Virus record (IMG/VR): IMGVR_UViG_3300045135_000898
Coordinates: 17,971 to 81,970 of that record
Strand: one strand, 5' to 3'
Length of the DNA: 64,000 nt
From: a virus
Part shown: positions 1 through 9,407 of the stretch, one piece after another
How the letters are laid out: each line of letters starts with the position of its first letter
Numbering within the stretch: position 1 is the stretch's first letter
Program-made: the position numbers and the translations under genes
Notes under the pieces: model-generated
The model's database searches: none
Told to the model about the DNA's origin: nothing
The model's input: only the letters and a program-made list of their open reading frames with translations

Positions 1-440
1 GAAGTAATCTCAGGAATGTCAAGCATTTCATCGAATACTTTACTTGGGTTACTATACACGTTACGAATAATGTGAGTGTATGAACGGCTGTGAATGGTTT
101 CAAAGAAAGACCAAGTTTCTACATTCGTCTCAAGTTCAGGAATAGAGACATACGGCAAGAATGCCAAGTTGGGCGAACGGCCCTGCACTGAATCCAACAG
201 AATCTGACGTTTCAGGTTAGATGTAAAGATATGCTGTTCAAATTCTGTTAGCTTACTAAAGTCAATCTTATCCTTCGTAACATCAACTTCTTCAGGACGC
301 CAGAAGAAACCTAGCATCTTATCAGTTAGTTTGTCGAGTGAAGGGTATTTGATTTGATCATAGCGAGCGATATCCACGGGCTCATCAAAAAACATATTAG
401 ATTCAAGATGAGATTTAGTCTTACGTTGGAATACCGACAT
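1..440 (-). CDS. nrdB: ribonucleotide reductase class Ia beta subunit (5' part, truncated by window edge)
   Basis: Manual translation [33 protein letters not shown]...[10 protein letters not shown]...[12 protein letters not shown]...[14 protein letters not shown]; SD GAGAGG upstream; near nrdA. Confidence 0.95.
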   Translation of the reverse strand, partial: MSVFQRKTKSHLESNMFFDEPVDIARYDQIKYPSLDKLTDKMLGFFWRPEEVDVTKDKIDFSKLTEFEQHIFTSNLKRQILLDSVQGRSPNLAFLPYVSIPELETNVETWSFFETIHSRSYTHIIRNVYSNPSKVFDEMLDIPEIT

Positions 441-494
441 TCGATTTTTTCCTCTCTTCATTTCACGGGTAAATTATATATCATATTAAGATCG

Positions 495-902
495 TTAAGC
501 GCCTCGGTAGAGACGCTCAATTTCTTGTTGTTTGGCGAAAGAGATATTCTTCTTCCATAACCAGTAACCGATGTCGCGTTCGTCGTCCTGAATCATCAGC
601 AGACCCATAGCACGTTTCCAATTACAACCTTCTTCGCGCATCATCAGCTTGAGCTCATCTTTGAACTCAACCAAAGCTTCTGCTTGCTCTTTTTCTTCAC
701 GTGCGATGTCTTCTAACATCATAGTCATCATTCGGTCAAGAGCCTCGTTGAATGCCACAGCCGACATCTCAACCCAAGATGTCCATTCACCCATACGCGG
801 ACGGTAACCGTAGACATCCTTATGGAAGTCTGAGAAGAAGATATCTTCCATTTCTTTAATACGAGCGTGAGTACCAGCTTTAGTAGTGATTCGCATAGTC
901 AT
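495..902 (-). CDS. hypothetical protein (FSDFHKDVYGYRPR motif)
   Basis: ORF; GGAG SD before ATG at 902; downstream of an early promoter. Confidence 0.75.
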   Translation of the reverse strand: MTMRITTKAGTHARIKEMEDIFFSDFHKDVYGYRPRMGEWTSWVEMSAVAFNEALDRMMTMMLEDIAREEKEQAEALVEFKDELKLMMREEGCNWKRAMGLLMIQDDERDIGYWLWKKNISFAKQQEIERLYRGA

Positions 903-904
903 AA

Positions 905-994
905 TTACTCTCCAAAAGTTCCGCCAATGATAACAAGTGTAACAGCTATGATAGCTGCCCAAGCAACAACATTTAGGATTTCGATTCTAGTCAT
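905..994 (-). CDS. small membrane protein, 29 aa (MTRIEILNVVAWAAIIAVTLVIIGGTFGE)
   Basis: Manual translation; AAGGA SD; first ORF after early promoter; single hydrophobic helix. Confidence 0.65.
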   Translation of the reverse strand: MTRIEILNVVAWAAIIAVTLVIIGGTFGE

Positions 995-1023
995 AACGTT
1001 TCCTTTCATTAATTTATGGATCT

Positions 1024-1052
1024 ATTATACAAAAAAGAAGGGGCAATGTAAA
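1024..1052 (-). promoter_or_regulatory. early sigma70-type promoter
   Basis: TTTACA-17-TATAAT. Confidence 0.85.
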
Positions 1053-1107
1053 CCCCTTCTTTAAGTTTTTTTAGATTAAATTATTCTAAAAGTAGAACGT
1101 TTTATTA

Positions 1108-3399
1108 TTAGATCTTACAGCTTTCGCATTCGCCGTCATCGTAATCAGACTGCTCAAGATCAGGAAGATCTTCGTCAGGTGATTCGCCTGCGCCGTCATG
1201 CGTATTGTTATAATAAAGCTGTTTACCACCGTACTTGTAGAAAGTAACGATATCTTTAAGCAATTGCGACATAGGTACCTTTGAATCATCAAAGTGCTCA
1301 GGATTGTAACTAGTGTTTACACTGATACCTTGGTCAATGTACTTCTGAAGTACAGCACAAACTTTAAGATAACCATCAGGTGATGTTTGATCCCAAAGCA
1401 AATCATATTTATTTTTAAGGTGGTGGTACCCAGGAACAACCTGTGCCATTACACCGTCCTTAGACTGCTTGTATGATACCAACGCGCGAGGTGGTTCAAT
1501 ACCATTCGTACTGTTACTAATCTGAGCTGACGTTTCAGCCGGCATTAATGCCATCAGAGTAGAGTTACGAATACCAGTTTGTTTGATCTTAGCTCGTAAA
1601 CCTTCCCAATCCATACGTTCTTTATGTGGAACAAGTTCATCTACATCTTTCTTGTATGTATTATTCGGGAATATACCGCGAGCATACTTTGTCTCACGAA
1701 TTAGTCCAGGTATACCACGTTCAGCAGCCAGATCAACAGATGCTTTAATTAGATAATAAGACCATGCCTCAGCGTATTCGTCGATTGTTTCAAGAGCGCC
1801 ATCATCATATTTAAGACCGCGTTTCGCCAAGAAGTAAGCTAGGTTAATAATACCTACACCTAATGGACGACGTCCCATTGTTGAAATCTCAGCTGCTTTA
1901 ACTGGATACGCTTGGTAATCCAATAGCGCATCTAGAGCTCGTACAGCAATGTTACAGTACTTTTCAAATTCTGACGGATGGTTAATGACACCCCAGTTAA
2001 TTGCCGACAACGTACATAGAGAGATCTCGCCTTCAGAATCATCAACAGAAGATAGAGGTTTTGTGGGTAAGTCAATTTCACAACATAGGTTAGACTGTTT
2101 AATTGGAGCAAGACTTTCAATGAATGAGCCATGTGTATTAGCGTGGTCTACGTTCATTAGGTAAATACGACCAGTGTCTTTACGTTCCTGTAAGAATGAA
2201 CTAAACACTTCCATAGCAGGTAAAGTCTTCTTACGAATATTCTTATCTGCTTCGTACTTTTCGTACAGACGTTTAAATTCATCTTGGTCAGCATAAAACG
2301 CATCCATAAGACCAGGAACATCATTAGGACTAAACAGTGTAATGTTACCACCCGTTAGTAGACGTTCGTACATTGTCTTATTGAATTGGAATGCATAGTC
2401 CATGTGGCGTACACGGTTTTCTTCAGTGCCTTTGTTATTTTTCAGTACAACAAGGTTTTCAAACTCAAGATGCCAAACTGGAAGGTAAATTGTAGCTGCA
2501 CCGCCCCTTACACCACCCTGTGAGCAGGATTTGACCGCCGCTTGGAAATATTTGAGGAAAGGTATAAGTCCCGTGTGTACAACTGATCCATCGCCGACTC
2601 TAGACCCTTCAGCTCGGATCGAACCTGCTCCAATTCCGATGCCAGCTTTCTTAGAGATATAACGAACCACAGAAGAGGCAGTTGAATTAATAGAATCAAG
2701 AGTATCACCGGATTCAATAAGCACGCAAGAACTAAACTGGCGAGTGGGAGTTCGTACACCGGCCATAATAGGTGTTGGTAGACTAATAGCGAAGTTGGAT
2801 ACCGCATCATAAAAGTCCTTTACATAATTTAAACGAGTTTCGGTTGGATAGTTACCAAATAAGGTAGCACCAATCATCATATAAGCAATTTGCGGAGTTT
2901 CATAGATTTTTTTAGTAGAACGGTCTTGTACAAGGTATTTACCTCGGAACTGTTCCATCGCTACATATGTGAAGCTGTCGTCACGAGAATGCTTGATATA
3001 AGCATCTAATTCATTTAACTCTTCTTCAGTGTATGTAGTAAGAATATCAGCATCGTATACGCCAAAATCAACGTTTGTTTTAATCACATCAATTAAAGGT
3101 AATGGCGTGTATTGCTGGTAAACCTCTTTACGAAGTTTGTAGTTTACCAAACGAGCTGCAACATATTGATAGTTCGGAGTATTCTCAGAAATCAGTTCAG
3201 CTGCTGACTTAATCAACAATTCGTGGATATCATCAGATGAAATTTTATCGTATAGCTGAATGTTAGCACGCATTTCAATCTCTGAAATAGAGACGCCATT
3301 AATACCTTCGGTGGCCCACTCTAGGACTCGATGTACTTTATCTAGGTCGAACGGCTCAAGAGATCCTTTGCGTTTGGTTATCTTGATGGTTTTGATCAT
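1108..3399 (-). CDS. nrdA: ribonucleotide reductase class Ia alpha subunit with ATP cone
   Basis: ITKRKG ATP cone, PTPIM, QFSSCVL, QSNLCCEI, LMPAETS, C-terminal CESCKI. Confidence 0.98.
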   Translation of the reverse strand: MIKTIKITKRKGSLEPFDLDKVHRVLEWATEGINGVSISEIEMRANIQLYDKISSDDIHELLIKSAAELISENTPNYQYVAARLVNYKLRKEVYQQYTPLPLIDVIKTNVDFGVYDADILTTYTEEELNELDAYIKHSRDDSFTYVAMEQFRGKYLVQDRSTKKIYETPQIAYMMIGATLFGNYPTETRLNYVKDFYDAVSNFAISLPTPIMAGVRTPTRQFSSCVLIESGDTLDSINSTASSVVRYISKKAGIGIGAGSIRAEGSRVGDGSVVHTGLIPFLKYFQAAVKSCSQGGVRGGAATIYLPVWHLEFENLVVLKNNKGTEENRVRHMDYAFQFNKTMYERLLTGGNITLFSPNDVPGLMDAFYADQDEFKRLYEKYEADKNIRKKTLPAMEVFSSFLQERKDTGRIYLMNVDHANTHGSFIESLAPIKQSNLCCEIDLPTKPLSSVDDSEGEISLCTLSAINWGVINHPSEFEKYCNIAVRALDALLDYQAYPVKAAEISTMGRRPLGVGIINLAYFLAKRGLKYDDGALETIDEYAEAWSYYLIKASVDLAAERGIPGLIRETKYARGIFPNNTYKKDVDELVPHKERMDWEGLRAKIKQTGIRNSTLMALMPAETSAQISNSTNGIEPPRALVSYKQSKDGVMAQVVPGYHHLKNKYDLLWDQTSPDGYLKVCAVLQKYIDQGISVNTSYNPEHFDDSKVPMSQLLKDIVTFYKYGGKQLYYNNTHDGAGESPDEDLPDLEQSDYDDGECESCKI

Positions 3400-3436
3400 A
3401 TGTTCTTCTCACTTGGTTTAATAATTTATAGAGCTA

Positions 3437-3465
3437 ATTATATATCATTAGCACTTCGATGTAAA
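3437..3465 (-). promoter_or_regulatory. early promoter for nrdA
   Basis: TTTACA-17-TATAAT. Confidence 0.85.
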
Positions 3466-3498
3466 TAGCCTTGGTGCATAAAAATGTAAAAAAACATA

Positions 3499-3558
3499 TT
3501 TACATCTGAAGAAAAGTGTGGTATAATAGATTAACGATCTGGGGGAAGGTAGATATAC
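3499..3558 (+). repeat. plus-strand promoter with 37-bp repeat, copy 1 (TATAATAGATTAACGATCTGGGGGAAGGTAGATATAC)
   Basis: TTTACA 3499-3504, TATAAT 3522-3527; 3522-3558 identical to 46245-46281. Confidence 0.9.
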
Positions 3559-3560
3559 CT

Positions 3561-3917
3561 TTATTCAGGCTTTACAGCCTCTTCGTAATAAAGTATAATT
3601 TCCTTTTGTTGTTCAATGTAACGACGCAGCTCAGCGAAGTTAAGAGATAGGTTTTCGTAGTCTTTAATTGAAATAGCAATGTAGACACGGTCGCCGTTTT
3701 TATCTTCGAACTCAGTAATGAACTCTTCGTAATTATCTTTTGTAACAACGTAGATCTTAACTCGATTGAGTTGAGCTTGTTTGGGTCTAGCTACAATTGG
3801 AACTTCAGTCTTTACAGTGTTAGTTACTGTTACTATCTTCGGTTCCGGTATCAGGCTGCTGCACCCCATTAGGGTTAGTGATGTCAGCAAGATCAGTCCA
3901 TAATTCATCAGTCGCAT
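3561..3917 (-). CDS. outer-membrane spanin (Rz1-like lipoprotein)
   Basis: Signal peptide with lipobox LMGC; overlaps 3' end of upstream TM/coiled-coil gene. Confidence 0.75.
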   Translation of the reverse strand: MRLMNYGLILLTSLTLMGCSSLIPEPKIVTVTNTVKTEVPIVARPKQAQLNRVKIYVVTKDNYEEFITEFEDKNGDRVYIAISIKDYENLSLNFAELRRYIEQQKEIILYYEEAVKPE

Positions 3918-4239
3918 TTTGCATTCTCTTTTCAATTAATCCTGGCTTCTTAAGAGCAAGCTGAGTTAAGTTATGCTTTTGTAGTGTGTTCCTTAACTCA
4001 TCGCCGTATTGTTCAGCCTTTTGTAAATCAGCGGAAAGCTGTAGGTTCATCTCATTAAGACGTTTAGTTTCAGATTCCATTAGCCTTAACGAGTCTTCAC
4101 TCAGTTTCACTGCGGTTTCCATCTTGGCGACATTTGCTCTTGCAGTTTCAAGATCGGACTGCAACTTGGTGACATACCAATAGCCACCAGCTGCTGCAGT
4201 AAGAACCGCAGTGATAATCATAATTCTAATATACATCAT
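3820..4239 (-). CDS. inner-membrane spanin (Rz-like)
   Basis: N-terminal TM helix then long coiled coil; overlapped by lipoprotein gene. Confidence 0.75.
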   Translation of the reverse strand: MMYIRIMIITAVLTAAAGGYWYVTKLQSDLETARANVAKMETAVKLSEDSLRLMESETKRLNEMNLQLSADLQKAEQYGDELRNTLQKHNLTQLALKKPGLIEKRMQNATDELWTDLADITNPNGVQQPDTGTEDSNSN

Positions 4240-4254
4240 ATAATTATATATCTC

Positions 4255-5034
4255 TTATTTTTCGTGTTTCTTAATCAATTTCTCAATGAAAGACATACCT
4301 TGTGCGCGACGGTACATGCGCTCCATATCGCCTTTCTTACGTTTGTCTCGTTTAGCATATCCCGTTGGATTAAGGTCTACACCACCGCCTGCTACTGAAT
4401 TAGCCGCGACTTCTTCTTTGATTGGTTTAAGATACTTACCAGCAGCCACTGTGGTTTTTCCATCGTCCCATTCTACTTCAACGCGGCCACCAGCTTTGTC
4501 ACCACCTTTCACAACAGTACCTTTATTACCGTTGTGAATATTTTGAACTCGCATGTTTTTAATTAGTTTACCTTCTTCAAGCTCAACCTCTTCCATCATA
4601 CCGTACATTTTATCCAACTCACGTGCATCGGTACCACGGAATAATTTGGCCGCATCAGCAGCGCTACGACCAGTGTCCTTCATCCATTCAAGAGCTTTGC
4701 TATAGTTCTTGTTGAACTTTTTACTTAGCATTACCTTAAGCTCTTCCCAAGGAGAACGTTCTTGAAGCTCCGTTGATTCTTTAACAGATTCTTTAGGTAC
4801 GCAATTAGGAACTTCCTTACCGTCTTTCTTTTTCGTACCTAATTGTACATAGCCTTTCCAGCAAGGATCGTCGTCAGACTTTTCAAGCTCTTCCTGCTTG
4901 TATTTCTTTTTACCTTTCTCTTTACGGAGTTCGTATTCTAATTCCTTTTTACGGAATGAAGAAGCACGAGAAGGGCCAATACGGTCACCAAACTTATCGT
5001 ATTTTGCTTCAGTGAATTGCTTAAATGTTTTCAT
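4255..5034 (-). CDS. probable internal head protein / polyprotein
   Basis: N-terminus MKTFKQFTE resembles T4 capsid-targeting sequence; internal acidic E-x-[LV]-x-E linkers; PCWKGY..PNCVP module; SH3/KOW-like module. Confidence 0.7.
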   Translation of the reverse strand: MKTFKQFTEAKYDKFGDRIGPSRASSFRKKELEYELRKEKGKKKYKQEELEKSDDDPCWKGYVQLGTKKKDGKEVPNCVPKESVKESTELQERSPWEELKVMLSKKFNKNYSKALEWMKDTGRSAADAAKLFRGTDARELDKMYGMMEEVELEEGKLIKNMRVQNIHNGNKGTVVKGGDKAGGRVEVEWDDGKTTVAAGKYLKPIKEEVAANSVAGGGVDLNPTGYAKRDKRKKGDMERMYRRAQGMSFIEKLIKKHEK

Positions 5035-5339
5035 TAGTTATCTACCTTTGCTCCTGCGCGCCACTGATAGCACGACCAATATTTAGCTTTCCATTTTGGG
5101 CCTGGATCTTTATCGCATCCATGGCGAGCACGGAATGATTTGCGACGTTCAGGATCATCTCGTTTGATTTCCATATTAGGATCACCAAATTTAACCATAA
5201 CGATGTTTCCTTTATCGTTACGAACGTATACACCGAACTTTTTCTTTTCGCCTGAAGGTAGACGGAAAGGATCGTTCAGTTTTACCTTACGTCCTTGATA
5301 TTCGGCTTGTTCAGAAATAAACTCTTTGAAATTGATCAT
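5034..5339 (-). CDS. basic probable internal head protein
   Basis: MINFKEFISE N-terminus; RRKSFRARH.C...YWSC motif. Confidence 0.75.
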   Translation of the reverse strand: MINFKEFISEQAEYQGRKVKLNDPFRLPSGEKKKFGVYVRNDKGNIVMVKFGDPNMEIKRDDPERRKSFRARHGCDKDPGPKWKAKYWSCYQWRAGAKVDN

Positions 5340-5923
5340 CGTTTTAAATCCTGTGCGGTAACATACAAATCTTGACCAGATATCATATGTTTAACTTTAT
5401 AGATGGATTGTCCTAGTACCGTATCGATAGGATCACTTACTGATTCTACGACAATCTTATGATTCTTTTTACCAATGATTTCTCCTGTAATTGGAGAAGC
5501 AATATCATACGTAAGTTTGTATTCGCCTTGGCCTAGCTTACCTTCAGTAACGATCCAAACATTCGTGTCTTCTACTAAAGTATCATTAAGGTCCATACCT
5601 AATTCAGCAAATACTTGCTCGAACTCATCATCGTTAAAATTGAAGTTTTCTCTTAGTAGGTATAATGCGGTCGCGTACGATGCAAGTTTGCTACGACCAC
5701 CTGGGAGCATTTCAATAGTACGCTTAATGTTAAAAGCAAGACGGTCGAATAAAGTGTAAGATTCTTTTTCTTCGACTGTCTTAAGATCTCGTGTTTTACG
5801 AAGCACTTTGCCTTTATCGTCGATGATGCCGTATTTGAACGCATCCATGTCTTCCCAATCCGTAGTCAATTTACGTAGGAACTTATAGACGAAAAACGCG
5901 CCAGCTGCGTTACTTAAACTCAT
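5336..5923 (-). CDS. conserved hypothetical T4-like protein
   Basis: YKF.R.LT.DW...AFKYGIID..G motif; 4-bp overlaps with both neighbours. Confidence 0.75.
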   Translation of the reverse strand: MSLSNAAGAFFVYKFLRKLTTDWEDMDAFKYGIIDDKGKVLRKTRDLKTVEEKESYTLFDRLAFNIKRTIEMLPGGRSKLASYATALYLLRENFNFNDDEFEQVFAELGMDLNDTLVEDTNVWIVTEGKLGQGEYKLTYDIASPITGEIIGKKNHKIVVESVSDPIDTVLGQSIYKVKHMISGQDLYVTAQDLKR

Positions 5924-6288
5924 ATCTTTCTCAGTGCCTCTACTATCTTAGTATCCAACGGGATTTCTGGTAATGCGTCATCGCCGATGTAATTAAGATA
6001 TATCAAAAATGTTTTAAGGTACGACCAATGTTTACGACTAACTTTGTAGAATGTTAGCTTATGACCGCCTTCTATACCAAACACATTATAAATTACAATC
6101 AGATGATTAAGAATTAACCTTTCTTGTAAATCATCGTTTACTTCGTATCTTTTAAACAATCGTTTAAGATACTTAAATCTGTTCAAGTCGTCGTTGAATT
6201 CGTCAACGCTTGTACATTGAGGATTATCGTATACATGCATAGCATACATAGCGAAGTTATCCTCATTAATGATGTCGAATAAATGCAT
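5920..6288 (-). CDS. conserved hypothetical protein
   Basis: YDNPQC...ERLILNHLIVIYNVFG; downstream of late promoter. Confidence 0.8.
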   Translation of the reverse strand: MHLFDIINEDNFAMYAMHVYDNPQCTSVDEFNDDLNRFKYLKRLFKRYEVNDDLQERLILNHLIVIYNVFGIEGGHKLTFYKVSRKHWSYLKTFLIYLNYIGDDALPEIPLDTKIVEALRKI

Positions 6289-6321
6289 AAAAACCCTATA
6301 AAGATCAACTCAATATAGGGT

Positions 6322-6329
6322 TATTTATA
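6322..6329 (-). promoter_or_regulatory. T4-type late promoter (gp55), with hairpin 6293-6322
   Basis: TATAAATA. Confidence 0.75.
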
Positions 6330-6334
6330 TGCTA

Positions 6335-6559
6335 TTACTTTTTCTTTTTACGAGATACTTTCTTAACAATCTTTTCGACAATTGTATCTTCGGCAGGTTC
6401 TTCTACTTCAGCAACTTCAACCGCAGGAGCAGGTTTAACACCGTTCCATTCTGCGATCTGTTCTGCTGTTAGGCGAGCAACCTTTAGTCGTTCGCCTTTT
6501 GCATTGTAGTAACCGTCTTCTTTTGCGATAGCATCTTTAAGCCAAGTTGGTTTAGCCAT
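6335..6559 (-). CDS. hypothetical protein with basic C-terminus
   Basis: ORF with GGAG SD in operon. Confidence 0.7.
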   Translation of the reverse strand: MAKPTWLKDAIAKEDGYYNAKGERLKVARLTAEQIAEWNGVKPAPAVEVAEVEEPAEDTIVEKIVKKVSRKKKK

Positions 6560-6561
6560 TC

Positions 6562-8283
6562 TTATTCTCCTAGTGCTTTTGCCATTAGCTTTTCAGCTTC
6601 CTTGGCACTTACTTTAAATTTCTTAACGATCATTTTAACTGCATCTTCAGGACGTTTAGCATTTGCCATGATATCAGCAACTGCGTCCATTGATACTTTA
6701 GCTTCAGAAAGATCAGAAACAAGGTTCTTTAGAGTTTCAGATTTGTAACCAGCGTTTTCAGGCAACTTACCACGTTTAACTCCGTTGCGAACCTTCCATG
6801 CGTCTTTCCCATAGTCACGCATTTTTACACCTTTCTTGGCTGCTTTCTTTTCAGCCTTGTCGATGTCAACCATATTGCGAGCGTGAGTCTTAGCGTGTTT
6901 AGGATCTTGCTTCTTGTGCTGATCCTGACGTTCTTTGGCTTTACGCGACATGTAGTCAGCGCCAGCTTTAGACTTAGGAATAGTGAAAGTAACTTCATCA
7001 ATTTGTTCAACTGACTCATTCATTTCAGGATCAAGCTTATCAGCTAGTTTATCAAAACGGTCCATGTAGTTAATCGAAGGATGACGTAAGTCGTAACCTT
7101 TTGCAGATAGCTCCATGTAAACGTCAGCATCAATAAAGTTCCAATTAACTTTACCGCCTTTGTAGTTGCCTTTATCAGCTAAAGCTTTCTTCATTGACTT
7201 TTCAAATTCTTTATCAGAAAGAACATTACGAAGTTTCTTACCTTCTGAAAGCTCAGAAGATTCAAGAATAAGATCTTTAGGATCGACATTCATCTGACCT
7301 GTACCAACCTTAACCATAACTTTAGAACCCATCATACCAACAACTGTTCCTTCGTCATCCTTTGCTAAAGCGTCATATTTTCTAACGTTCTTGATCTTAA
7401 CAGAGTCACCTTTGTTAAATTTGGCTTCTACAACTACTTCAACGCCTTCTTTAAGATCTACATTGCCTGTGCTAGTATAGAAGAACTTATCTCCAACCAT
7501 ACCATACACGTTACCACGTTTAGTATCAATAGCAACTTCATCGCCAGCTTTAAGATCAACGGTTGCAGTTTTACCTTTACGTGTAAAGTTCTTCAATACC
7601 GGAACATAGCCGTTATCTGTATCGAAACTATTGCCACGAACTGGCATAACTTTAGCTGTAACTTTTTGAGCAGAAGCAATCTTAGCAACTTCACCTGAGA
7701 AATCTTTGATAGCATCTTTAGCATCAAATTTCATAAATTCTTCTAACTGTTCAACTTCTTCGTTTATTTTCTCAACAGCTTTCTTGTAGTCAAGTTTTGG
7801 TTTAGAGTAATAAGCAACTTCTTTACCGTTCTCTTTAACTTTGATACCAACACCGTCGTTGACGATTTCGTAATCACCGTATTTGTATGAAGTGTAACCA
7901 GCTTTCTTAGAAACCTTACATTCGATGCCAGCTTTTTTCAGAGCACGTGGCATAATGTTGTCGACGTAATCGCGAGTAGAAGCTTCAGTTAATTCAACTG
8001 ATTCTTTTTTCATTGACTTTTTAATCGCTTTACGACGATTGGCAAGGTACTCATCAGAGTCATCTACGTCGCCATCGTTATCAACATCGGCATCAGCCTT
8101 TCCTACAGGATCAAGAGCTTCCTTTTTACCTTTACGACCACACGCTTCTTCAACGTCGTCTTTCTTTTCGTCTTCAGCCTGATCACCGCCAACAGGCTTT
8201 GCCGCTGGATCTTCCGCTTCGGCCTTCATTTTCATTTTCTTGTATGCTTCAGCAATACCGTTTAGTTTATCGTCAATAAACAT
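6562..8283 (-). CDS. multi-module probable internal head polyprotein
   Basis: Repeated acidic linkers ESVELTEA, EEVEQLEE, EGVEVVVEA, ESSELSEG, ESVEQIDE; DxDxDGDxD Ca-binding-like motif; highly expressed codon usage. Confidence 0.75.
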   Translation of the reverse strand: MFIDDKLNGIAEAYKKMKMKAEAEDPAAKPVGGDQAEDEKKDDVEEACGRKGKKEALDPVGKADADVDNDGDVDDSDEYLANRRKAIKKSMKKESVELTEASTRDYVDNIMPRALKKAGIECKVSKKAGYTSYKYGDYEIVNDGVGIKVKENGKEVAYYSKPKLDYKKAVEKINEEVEQLEEFMKFDAKDAIKDFSGEVAKIASAQKVTAKVMPVRGNSFDTDNGYVPVLKNFTRKGKTATVDLKAGDEVAIDTKRGNVYGMVGDKFFYTSTGNVDLKEGVEVVVEAKFNKGDSVKIKNVRKYDALAKDDEGTVVGMMGSKVMVKVGTGQMNVDPKDLILESSELSEGKKLRNVLSDKEFEKSMKKALADKGNYKGGKVNWNFIDADVYMELSAKGYDLRHPSINYMDRFDKLADKLDPEMNESVEQIDEVTFTIPKSKAGADYMSRKAKERQDQHKKQDPKHAKTHARNMVDIDKAEKKAAKKGVKMRDYGKDAWKVRNGVKRGKLPENAGYKSETLKNLVSDLSEAKVSMDAVADIMANAKRPEDAVKMIVKKFKVSAKEAEKLMAKALGE

Positions 8284-8293
8284 GTTTTTACCC

Positions 8294-8560
8294 CTAGTGT
8301 AAAATGATTAAAGCTGCAATAATACCGACTACGCCGGCGGCCAAAGCAGCACTGATGTATTTATGAGAATTGGCAAATGTCTTAAGGTTACCTAGTGCTT
8401 CCTCAAGATCTTTGATTCGGTTACTATGTTCTGTGGTTTTATCATCAAGATAATCAATACGACGTTCAGCTTCTCGGATAGACTCGATTACTTCACTGAT
8501 TTTGTCGATTTTCTTTTCAATACGATCAAGAATAAGATCTATATTATCGCTATTAGACAT
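8294..8560 (-). CDS. coiled-coil protein with C-terminal TM helix (XhlA/holin-like architecture)
   Basis: Coiled coil then ALAAGVVGIIAALIIL. Confidence 0.6.
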   Translation of the reverse strand: MSNSDNIDLILDRIEKKIDKISEVIESIREAERRIDYLDDKTTEHSNRIKDLEEALGNLKTFANSHKYISAALAAGVVGIIAALIILH

Positions 8561-9407
8561 CTTCTGTCACCGTGTCCTTTCCATCGAGAGATTCAACGTC
8601 GTCAAGCCACTTACGGATTTTCTTACCTTCTTGTGTCTCAACAATTAAGTAGTTCGCGCCACGTGATACAATAGTGGCAAGTTCACCGCTTTCTGAAATA
8701 ACAACGTGTTCGTCTTTTTCAAACAAATCGCCAGCAACGTATGCTTCTCGCGTTTCTGATACAGATTCAAACTGTACATGCTCTCGGAACGAACGTGATT
8801 CTTTAAGACCCATTGCTTTACGAAGATCGTTAAACAATTGTTGGCCTTCTTTGAATCCACTTGGTAAACCTTTATTAAATGAAAGTAGATCATTGGCAGC
8901 TGCAGCAGCTCGCATTTTAGATGCTGACATACCAGATACATCATCAGCGTCAGGATCGCGCTCACCTGCCGATACAATTACAACGCCGTTTTCAAAATTG
9001 TAAAAACCGTGACGACCTTCTACACCGTTATATTTGTTACATAGCGCGTCAAACTCATGGACACGGTCTGAGCCAACAACCATTTGAACTTCGGTGTAAC
9101 CTTTCTTGTATAACTGTACTAGGATATCGAATACCATGCGTACTTTTTTGTCAAGGATAATCTTACGAGCATGGCGCGGAAACATCTTGCGCATGTACTT
9201 GACTTTTGTTTGGTAATCGAAAGGATTCTTTTTAGCATCATTAGACTGAGATGCGTAAATGAAGTAGTCACCACCACGAGCTTCGTTTGCTACTTTATCG
9301 AGTAGCTTTTCGTGGCCTACTGTTGGAGGATTAAATCGACCAAATGTAAAGGTAGCTTTTTTACCTTTTTCTTCGGTCAAGAATTGGGAAAAAGACTTAA
9401 TGCTCAT
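8553..9407 (-). CDS. HIGH-superfamily nucleotidyltransferase (cytidylyltransferase/NMNAT-like)
   Basis: FGRFNPPTVGH, VVGSDR, MSASKMR motifs; N-terminal SFSQFLTE. Confidence 0.85.
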   Translation of the reverse strand: MSIKSFSQFLTEEKGKKATFTFGRFNPPTVGHEKLLDKVANEARGGDYFIYASQSNDAKKNPFDYQTKVKYMRKMFPRHARKIILDKKVRMVFDILVQLYKKGYTEVQMVVGSDRVHEFDALCNKYNGVEGRHGFYNFENGVVIVSAGERDPDADDVSGMSASKMRAAAAANDLLSFNKGLPSGFKEGQQLFNDLRKAMGLKESRSFREHVQFESVSETREAYVAGDLFEKDEHVVISESGELATIVSRGANYLIVETQEGKKIRKWLDDVESLDGKDTVTEDV

